A DNA stretch of 64,000 nucleotides, taken from assembly GCA_902793325.1 (NCBI GenBank), contig CADBCY010000032.1, positions 6,924 to 70,923 of the forward strand. Direction: 5' to 3'. The position numbers and the translations under genes were made by a program. Positions 54,772 to 61,544 of the stretch are shown here, one piece after another. The notes beneath the pieces are model-generated. The model was not told the origin of the DNA and made no database searches. It saw only the letters and a program-made list of their open reading frames with translations. Source of the stretch: an uncultured Eubacteriales bacterium. GTDB lineage: Bacteria; Bacillota; Clostridia; Christensenellales; Aristaeellaceae. Within the stretch, counting starts at the first letter, position 1. Each line of letters starts with the position of its first letter.

Positions 54772-54816
54772 GATCAACGGTTTATCAAGGGATTCGGAAG
54801 CGACCGCTCCGGCAGA

Positions 54817-55824
54817 TCAATAGTCGCCGCTCTGGATGCGGGCGATGATGTTCTGCACTTCCTCGCTCTGCTGGCCGTACAGCGGCGCGCAGGCTTCCTG
54901 CCACTTCTCGATGTCGGTGACCTCCAGGCGCTTGATGCCCTTCTCCTCGAAGGAATCGAAGCAGGCCTGCTCCTGGTTCTGGTTGTACTCGTAGCAGACC
55001 TCGCGGGCGGTCAGCGCGGCTTCCTTCATCCAGCCCTGCTCCTCTTCGCTGAGGGAGTTCCAGGTGTCGGAGGAGACCAGGATGACGCCGCAGCCGAAGG
55101 TGTGCGCGTCGGTGATGAAGTAGGGAGCGACCTCGTTGAAGGAGTTGTCCATGTAGGAGGTCACGCCGTTCTCAGCGCCGTCCACGACGCCGGACTGCAG
55201 GGAGGTGTAGAGCTCGGCGTAGGCGATGGGGGTCGCGGAGGCGTTCAGGGCCTTCATGGTGTTCACCATCAGGTCGGTCTCCGGCACGCGGATCTTCAGG
55301 CCGTTCATCATGTCGAAGCTGAAGCTCTCGGGGCTGCCGAGCTTCTCATACACGGAGGGGGTGATGAACAGGCTGCGGGGGCCCTCAACCAGCCAGCCCA
55401 GCGCGATGTAGCCGCAGTTGGCGTCGGCCACGCTCTGCAGCAGCTCGTCGCCCAGCGGGCTCACGGCCACGTCCTGGAACTGGGCCATGTCCTTGAAGAC
55501 ATAGGGCAGGCCGGTGGCGCCGATGACGGTCGCGCCGTAGTTCGGCAGGGAAGAGGCGTTGCCGCGGAAGATGTCCAGGGTGCCCATCTGGATGCCCTGC
55601 ATGGATTCAGACTCGGAACCGAGCGTGCCGTTGGTGTAGAGCTCGATCTTCAGCGCGCCGCCGGAGATCTCCTCCAGCTTCTCGGCAAAGGCGTGCGCGG
55701 CCACCGTGGCGCCGTAGGTCTCGCCGTTCACTTCGTTCCAGGTGAGCGTGCGCTCCGCCAGGGCGGGAATGCTCATCGCGAAAACCAGGGTCAGTACGAC
55801 GATCAGGGAAAGTGCCTTCTTCAT
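54817..55824 (-). CDS. dctP: TRAP transporter substrate-binding protein
   Basis: Trimmed to MKKALSLIVVLTLVFAMS (ATG 55824, GGAGG 8 nt upstream). DctP-family layout. First gene of the TRAP operon. Confidence 0.85.
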   Translation of the reverse strand: MKKALSLIVVLTLVFAMSIPALAERTLTWNEVNGETYGATVAAHAFAEKLEEISGGALKIELYTNGTLGSESESMQGIQMGTLDIFRGNASSLPNYGATVIGATGLPYVFKDMAQFQDVAVSPLGDELLQSVADANCGYIALGWLVEGPRSLFITPSVYEKLGSPESFSFDMMNGLKIRVPETDLMVNTMKALNASATPIAYAELYTSLQSGVVDGAENGVTSYMDNSFNEVAPYFITDAHTFGCGVILVSSDTWNSLSEEEQGWMKEAALTAREVCYEYNQNQEQACFDSFEEKGIKRLEVTDIEKWQEACAPLYGQQSEEVQNIIARIQSGDY

Positions 55825-55890
55825 GGTAAAATCCTCCATTCTTGTTGTTCCTGTTTACGTGGCACATTTCTAGCCATATTAAACAAACAA

Positions 55891-55919
55891 AGCATAGCAT
55901 ATGCAGCAATATTTGTCAA
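55891..55919 (-). promoter_or_regulatory. sigma-70-type promoter TTGACA-17-TATGCT for the TRAP operon
   Basis: Minus strand reads TTGACAaatattgctgcatatgcTATGCT, in an AT-rich patch. Confidence 0.55.
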
Positions 55920-56033
55920 GTTTTTGTTTTCTGAACGCATTCGTTGCCATTTGCCGTCAAAGCCCCGGGTCGACGAAAAACCCGCGCGCCGGCCAACCTG
56001 TCGGAACAAGTTCAGCATAAGCCTTGCCACGGT

Positions 56034-56062
56034 CCCGGCGCCGTGCTATAATTGAAGCAGTC
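56034..56062 (+). promoter_or_regulatory. sigma-70-type promoter TTGCCA-17-TATAAT, about 220 nt upstream of eda
   Basis: TTGCCAcggtcccggcgccgtgcTATAAT, read directly from the sequence. Confidence 0.55.
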
Positions 56063-56284
56063 GGCGCGAAGCGCGGCCGGCGAAGGACGGAGGGTTGCGA
56101 GGTTGGGCGACGCGGCCGCACGACGCGCGGACGTGCGAAAACCCGGGCCGGACACCGGCTTCGGCGCAATTCCCCCGACCGCCCGCGACGTTTGAAACGC
56201 GCGGTCCCTCTCCGCGCGGTACTTCGGGCTGTGAGGCGCAGCGCATCCATTACGCAAACCAAAGAATAAAAGGAGGATACTGTT

Positions 56285-56920
56285 ATGTTGACTATCGATC
56301 AGGTCGCCGCTTGCGGCGTGGTGCCGGTGGTGGTATTGGAGGACGCGGAGCAGGCCGTGCCCACGGCGAGGGCGCTGCTGAAGGGCGGCATCAACGCCAT
56401 GGAGATCACCTTCCGCACGGCCGCCGCGAAGGATTCGATCGCCAAAGTGGCGAAGGAAGTGCCGGAGATGATCGTCGGCGCCGGCACCGTCATCAATGTG
56501 GAGCAGTTGCACGACGCGATCGAGGCGGGCGCGAAATTCATCGTATCCCCCGGCTCCGACGCGGACGTGATCGCCGAGGCCATGAAGCTGGGCGTGCCCA
56601 TGACCCCCGGCGTGGTCACCCCGAGCGAGATCATGCTGGGCCTGAAGCTGGGCGTGAAGGTGTTCAAGTTCTTCCCGGCGGAGAGCTACGGCGGGCTCAA
56701 GACCATCAAGGCGCTGTGCGGCCCGTTCCCGCAGATCCGCATCATTCCCACCGGCGGCATCAGCCAGGCCAACGCCGCCGACTACTTCAAAAACCCCAAA
56801 ATCGTCGCCGTGGGCGGCAGCTGGATGTGCACCAAGGACCTGATCGCCGCAGGCGACTTCGAGGCGATCGCGGAGAAATCGAAGGCCGCCACCGACCTGT
56901 TCAAGTCGATCCGCGGCTGA
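56285..56920 (+). CDS. eda: 2-dehydro-3-deoxyphosphogluconate (KDPG) / 4-hydroxy-2-oxoglutarate aldolase
   Basis: 211 aa. VVPVVVLEDAEQAVP...GINAMEITFRT...GAGTV...KFFPAE...PTGGI is a typical Eda pattern. Confidence 0.9.
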   Translation: MLTIDQVAACGVVPVVVLEDAEQAVPTARALLKGGINAMEITFRTAAAKDSIAKVAKEVPEMIVGAGTVINVEQLHDAIEAGAKFIVSPGSDADVIAEAMKLGVPMTPGVVTPSEIMLGLKLGVKVFKFFPAESYGGLKTIKALCGPFPQIRIIPTGGISQANAADYFKNPKIVAVGGSWMCTKDLIAAGDFEAIAEKSKAATDLFKSIRG

Positions 56921-56961
56921 GCGAGTGCGAATGAGCCAGAGCGAAAAGGAGGAGTCTTTTC

Positions 56962-58461
56962 ATGGCGCAACTGAATTACGAAGTATTGAAAAAGTCGGGG
57001 TATGACGGGTATATCCTGGATAAGGCGCCGGAAAAGGTGATGCAGTTCGGCGAGGGGAATTTCCTGCGCGCGTTCGTGGATTACTTTTTCGACATCGCCA
57101 ACGAAAAGGCGGGGTTCAACGGCAAGGTGGCGCTGGTGCAGCCCATCGCGCAGGGCCTGACCGAGCTGATCAACCGGCAGGAGGGCCTGTACACGCTGTA
57201 CCTGCGCGGCAGCCAGAACGGCATGAAGGTGGACGACAAGCGGGTCATCTCCGCGGTCAGCCGCTGCATGAACCCCTACGGCGAGTGGGACAGGGTGCTG
57301 GAGCTGGCGCGCTCCGAGGACCTGGAGATCATCGTGTCGAACACCACCGAGGCGGGCATCGTGTACGACCCGGAGAGCGCGTTCGACCAGGTGCCGCCGA
57401 ACAGCTTCCCGGCGAAGCTGACCCGGGTGCTGTACGAGCGCTTCAAGGCGGGCCGGAAGGGCATCGTGATGCTGTCCTGCGAGCTGATCGACAACAACGG
57501 CAAGGAGCTTCAGAAGTGCGTCAACCGGCACATCGACGACTGGAAGCTGGGCGAGGACTTCAGGAAGTGGGTCAACGAGGAGAACGTGTTCTGCTCGACG
57601 CTGGTGGACCGCATCGTGCCCGGCCGCATCCGCGACGCCGCGGAGGTGAAGCGGCTGGAGGAGATCAACGGCTACGAGGACCCGCTGACCGACGTGGGCG
57701 AGGTGTTCGGCGTATGGGTGATCGAAGCGCCGGACGGCGAAGAGGGCGTGGCGCGCCTGGAGGACCGGCTGCCGTTCAGGAAGGCGGGCGTGAACGTGAT
57801 GGTGGTGCCGGACGTGACGCCGTACAAGAAGCGCAAGGTGCGCATCCTGAACGGCGCGCACACAGGCTTCGTGCTGGGCGCGTACCTGGCGGGGTACGAC
57901 ATCGTGCGCGACTGCATGCACGACGAGGTCATACTGGGCTACATGAACAGGATGCTCTATGAGGAAGTCATCCCGACGCTGCCGCTGGACAAGGAGGACT
58001 GCAAGCAGTTCGCCGCGGCGGTGCAGGACCGGTTCAACAACCCCTTCGTGAACCACGAGCTGATGAGCATTTCGCTGAATTCGACCTCGAAGTGGCGCGC
58101 GCGGAACATGCCGACGTTCCTGGATTACGTGGAGCAGAAGGGCGAGCTGCCGCCGTGCCTGACCACGAGCTTCGCAGCCTACGTGGCGTTCTACTCGAAC
58201 GACATCCAGGGCCTGACGGACAGGGGGCTGGTGTGCAAACGGCCGAAGGGCAACGAGTACGTCGTGTCCGACGACCGCTGGGTGCTGGAGTTCTACGCGG
58301 CGCACAGGGACGACTCCCCGGAGGACCTGGTGCACGCGGTGATGACCAACGCGGACATGTGGGGCCGGGATCTGACCCGGGTGCCCGGCTTCGAGGCCGA
58401 GGTCGTGCGCATCCTGAAGCTCATCCGGGAAAAGGGCGCGAAGGAAGCGTACAAGGGATAG
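56962..58461 (+). CDS. uxaB: tagaturonate reductase (altronate oxidoreductase)
   Basis: 499 aa. VMQFGEGNFLRAFVDYF..., long-chain mannitol dehydrogenase family. Sits next to uxaA. Confidence 0.85.
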   Translation: MAQLNYEVLKKSGYDGYILDKAPEKVMQFGEGNFLRAFVDYFFDIANEKAGFNGKVALVQPIAQGLTELINRQEGLYTLYLRGSQNGMKVDDKRVISAVSRCMNPYGEWDRVLELARSEDLEIIVSNTTEAGIVYDPESAFDQVPPNSFPAKLTRVLYERFKAGRKGIVMLSCELIDNNGKELQKCVNRHIDDWKLGEDFRKWVNEENVFCSTLVDRIVPGRIRDAAEVKRLEEINGYEDPLTDVGEVFGVWVIEAPDGEEGVARLEDRLPFRKAGVNVMVVPDVTPYKKRKVRILNGAHTGFVLGAYLAGYDIVRDCMHDEVILGYMNRMLYEEVIPTLPLDKEDCKQFAAAVQDRFNNPFVNHELMSISLNSTSKWRARNMPTFLDYVEQKGELPPCLTTSFAAYVAFYSNDIQGLTDRGLVCKRPKGNEYVVSDDRWVLEFYAAHRDDSPEDLVHAVMTNADMWGRDLTRVPGFEAEVVRILKLIREKGAKEAYKG

Positions 58462-58534
58462 GGAACAGGAGGCCGCGGGTCCCCGTATGTCAACCGACCC
58501 TGAGCCCCGGCGCTCCGACCAGACGGAGGACGAC

Positions 58535-60016
58535 ATGAACAGACTGGTACAGATTACACCGAAGGACATGGTGGCGGTGGCGCTGCAGCCGCTGCGCGCG
58601 GGGGAGAGCGTCGACTACGGCGCGGGCCGCGTGACGCCGCTCGCGGACATCCCCATGGGCCACAAGGTGGCGCTGCGGGACATCCGCAAGGGCGAGCCGG
58701 TGATCAAGTACGGCTTTCCCATCGGCGCGGCCACCGAGGACATCCCCGCGGGCGGGCACGTGCATACGCAGAACCTGCACACGCTGCTGTCCGGCGCGCT
58801 GGAGTACGAATACCGCCCCAGCCGCCCGGCGCAGGCGGAGAGGACGCCCGCGACCTTCCCCGGCTATCCGCGGAAGTACGGGCGCCCGGGCATCCGCAAC
58901 GAGCTGTGGATCATCCCCACGGTGGGCTGCGTGAACGACATCGCGCAGGCGCTGGCGAGGGACGCGCAGCGGTTCGTGGGCGGGAGCGTCGAGGGCGTGT
59001 ACGCCTTCCCGCACCCCTACGGCTGCTCGCAGATGGGCGGCGACCAGGACAACACGCGGCAGGTGCTGGCGAACCTGTGCACGCACCCCAACGCCGGCGG
59101 CGTGCTGCTCCTGGGCCTTGGCTGCGAGAACAGCGGCGTCGACCAGATCGTGCCCCGCATGGGCGAGTACGACGCATCCCGCTTCCGCACGCTGGTCACG
59201 CAGCAGGTGGAGGACGAGCACGAAGCGGCGATGGCGCTGATCGGCGAGCTGGCGGAGAACATGAAGCGCGACGCGCGCGTGCCCTGCTCGGCGAGCGAGC
59301 TGGTGGTGGGGCTGAAGTGCGGTGGCTCGGACGGGCTGTCCGGCATCACGGCGAACCCGACCATCGGCGTGTTCTCGGATCTTTTGACGGCGATGGGCGG
59401 CAGCACGATCCTCACCGAGGTGCCGGAGATGTTCGGCGCGGAGACGATCCTGATGGACCGGTGCGAGGACGAAGCGCTGTTTGATAAGACCGTGCACCTC
59501 ATCAACGACTTCAAGGAATACTTTGAATCCTATCATATGCCGGTGTACGAGAACCCCTCGCCGGGCAACAAGGCGGGCGGCATCACCACGCTGGAGGACA
59601 AGGCGCTGGGGTGCACGCAGAAGAGCGGCTCCGGGCCGGTGAAGGGCGTATTGAAGTACGCCGAGAAGGTCGAGCGGCGCGGGCTCAACCTGCTCAGCGC
59701 CCCCGGCAACGACCTGGTGGCGTCGACGGCGCTGGCGGCGTCGGGCGCGCAACTGGTGCTGTTTTCCACGGGCCGGGGCACGCCGTTCGGCTGCCCGGTG
59801 CCCACGGTGAAGATCGCGTCGAACACGCCCCTGGCGGAGAAGAAGCGGAACTGGATCGACTTCGACGCGGGGCGGCTGCTGAGCGGCAGGACGCTGGAAT
59901 CGCTGGGAGAGGAGCTGATGGAGTACGTGCTGGCCGTCGCGGGCGGCAGTCGCACGCGGAACGAGGAGAACGGCTTCCACGACCTGGCGATCTTCAAGCA
60001 GGGCGTCACGCTGTAA
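58535..60016 (+). CDS. uxaA: altronate dehydratase
   Basis: Trimmed to MNRLVQITPKDMVAVAL (ATG 58535, GGAGGA upstream). SAF N-terminal domain (IPMGHKVALRDIRKGEPVIKYGFPIG) followed by the UxaA/GarD C-terminal domain. Confidence 0.88.
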   Translation: MNRLVQITPKDMVAVALQPLRAGESVDYGAGRVTPLADIPMGHKVALRDIRKGEPVIKYGFPIGAATEDIPAGGHVHTQNLHTLLSGALEYEYRPSRPAQAERTPATFPGYPRKYGRPGIRNELWIIPTVGCVNDIAQALARDAQRFVGGSVEGVYAFPHPYGCSQMGGDQDNTRQVLANLCTHPNAGGVLLLGLGCENSGVDQIVPRMGEYDASRFRTLVTQQVEDEHEAAMALIGELAENMKRDARVPCSASELVVGLKCGGSDGLSGITANPTIGVFSDLLTAMGGSTILTEVPEMFGAETILMDRCEDEALFDKTVHLINDFKEYFESYHMPVYENPSPGNKAGGITTLEDKALGCTQKSGSGPVKGVLKYAEKVERRGLNLLSAPGNDLVASTALAASGAQLVLFSTGRGTPFGCPVPTVKIASNTPLAEKKRNWIDFDAGRLLSGRTLESLGEELMEYVLAVAGGSRTRNEENGFHDLAIFKQGVTL

Positions 60017-60042
60017 GCGAACAACAGAAAGGATGATAGACG

Positions 60043-61143
60043 ATGATGAATCTGAATTTGAAGCCCGCGGGCGCGTGCAGGTACGACGCGGTATCGCTGG
60101 GCGAGATCATGCTGCGCCTGGACCCCGGCGAGGGGCGCATCCGCACCGCGCGGTCGTTCAGGGCGTGGGAAGGCGGCGGCGAGTACAACGTGGTGCGCGG
60201 GCTGCACAAGTGCTTCGGGATGCGCACCGGCGTGCTGACGGCGTTCGCGGACAACGAGGTCGGCCGGCTGCTGAAGGATTTCATCGAGCAGGGCGGCGTG
60301 GACACGAGCCTGATCTACTGGAAGAAGACGGACGGCATCGGGCGGATCTGCCGCAACGGGCTGAACTTCACCGAGCGCGGCTTCGGCATCCGCGGCGCGG
60401 TGGGCTGCTCCGACCGCGCCAACACGGCCATCTCGCAGGCCACGCCGGAGGACTTTGACTTCGAGCACGTGTTCGGCGAGCTGGGGGTGCGGTGGCTGCA
60501 CACCGGCGGGATCTACGCGGCGCTGTCCGAGCAGAGCTGCCAGACGGTCATCGAGGCGTGCAAGGTCGCCAAGAAGCACGGCACGATCATCTCCTACGAC
60601 CTGAACTACCGGCCGTCCATGTGGTCGGCCATCGGCGGTCAGGAAAAGGCCCGGGAGGTCAACCGGGAGGTCGCGAAGTACGTGGACGTGATGATCGGCA
60701 ACGAGGAGGACTTCACGGCCTGCCTGGGCCTGAAGGTGGAGGGCAACGACGCGAACCTGAAGGCGCTGAACCTGGACGGCTACTACAAGATGATCGAGGA
60801 AGCGGCGCGGCAGTTCCCGAACTTCAAGGCCATCGCCACGACGCTGCGCACCGTAAAGACGGCGACGGTGAACGACTGGAAGGCCATCTGCTGGGCGGAC
60901 GGCGCGGTGCACATGTCGAAGGCCTACGACGGGCTGGAGATCATGGACCGCGTGGGCGGCGGCGACAGCTTCGCCTCGGGCCTGATCTACGGCCTCATGA
61001 CCACCGGCGACCCGGAGCTCGCCGTGAACTACGGCGCGGCCCACGGCGCGCTGGCGATGACCACCCCCGGCGACACCAGCATGGCCAGCGTCGAAGAGGT
61101 GGAATCCATCATGAAGGGCAGCGGCGCGAGGGTGAAGCGCTGA
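60043..61143 (+). CDS. kdgK: 2-dehydro-3-deoxygluconokinase (PfkB family sugar kinase)
   Basis: 366 aa. PfkB C-terminal motif DRVGGGDSFASGLIYG. Lies in the eda-uxaBA context. Confidence 0.8.
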   Translation: MMNLNLKPAGACRYDAVSLGEIMLRLDPGEGRIRTARSFRAWEGGGEYNVVRGLHKCFGMRTGVLTAFADNEVGRLLKDFIEQGGVDTSLIYWKKTDGIGRICRNGLNFTERGFGIRGAVGCSDRANTAISQATPEDFDFEHVFGELGVRWLHTGGIYAALSEQSCQTVIEACKVAKKHGTIISYDLNYRPSMWSAIGGQEKAREVNREVAKYVDVMIGNEEDFTACLGLKVEGNDANLKALNLDGYYKMIEEAARQFPNFKAIATTLRTVKTATVNDWKAICWADGAVHMSKAYDGLEIMDRVGGGDSFASGLIYGLMTTGDPELAVNYGAAHGALAMTTPGDTSMASVEEVESIMKGSGARVKR

Positions 61144-61165
61144 GCGCATGCCATACCCTCCGACC

Positions 61166-61204
61166 GGGAGGTCGCCCCAAAGCAGGGGCGGCCTCCCGCT
61201 TTTG
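61166..61204 (+). terminator. rho-independent terminator of the eda-uxaB-uxaA-kdgK operon
   Basis: GGGAGGTCGCCCC-aaagca-GGGGCGGCCTCCC followed by GCTTTTG. Confidence 0.75.
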
Positions 61205-61327
61205 CATTGAGATAGGTTTGACAGCATGGCGCTTTCGGGGAAGCGGAGGGCGTCTCGCGTCCCTTTGCCGCCCCTGCGCGCCCTTTCCCGGCGTCGACGG
61301 CCGCTCTGAGGGGGTCGGGCGCCCGGG

Positions 61328-61370
61328 AAACCGCCGTCGCCGGCGGCCGCTCCTGAGGGGCGGTTTTTTT
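61328..61370 (+). terminator. second, orphan terminator-like hairpin with a T7 tract
   Basis: AAACCGCC...GGCGGTTT, with an inner CCGCTCC-tga-GGGGCGG stem, followed by TTTTTTT. No annotated plus-strand gene ends here. Confidence 0.5.
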
Positions 61371-61380
61371 GTCCAGGGGG

Positions 61381-61409
61381 TGGAAAAAAATAGTAAAGTA
61401 TGTTATCAT
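61381..61409 (+). promoter_or_regulatory. promoter TGGAAA-17-TATCAT (with TGT extended -10) for the PAS-GGDEF-EAL gene
   Basis: Read directly from the sequence, in the only AT-rich patch upstream of ATG 61545. Confidence 0.45.
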
Positions 61410-61544
61410 ATTGTACGCTGATAAGCGCATTGATCTGTCGGCCGGTGCGGCGCGTCCAGCCGCCGGCGACGCATCGGCGGGAGAAACCCATCCAGGCGCA
61501 GCAGGCGCGAGCGGCTGAGGGGCGAACGCCCGGAGGTGGATGCC

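Noticed and set aside
55957-56512. ORFs inside the TRAP/eda control region: 55957-56262(-), 56012-56512(-), 56024-56269(+) and 56046-56246(-).
   Set aside because: They give Arg/Pro/Ala-rich translations, overlap one another in several frames, have no RBS, and one runs antisense into eda. I treated the region as a non-coding leader.
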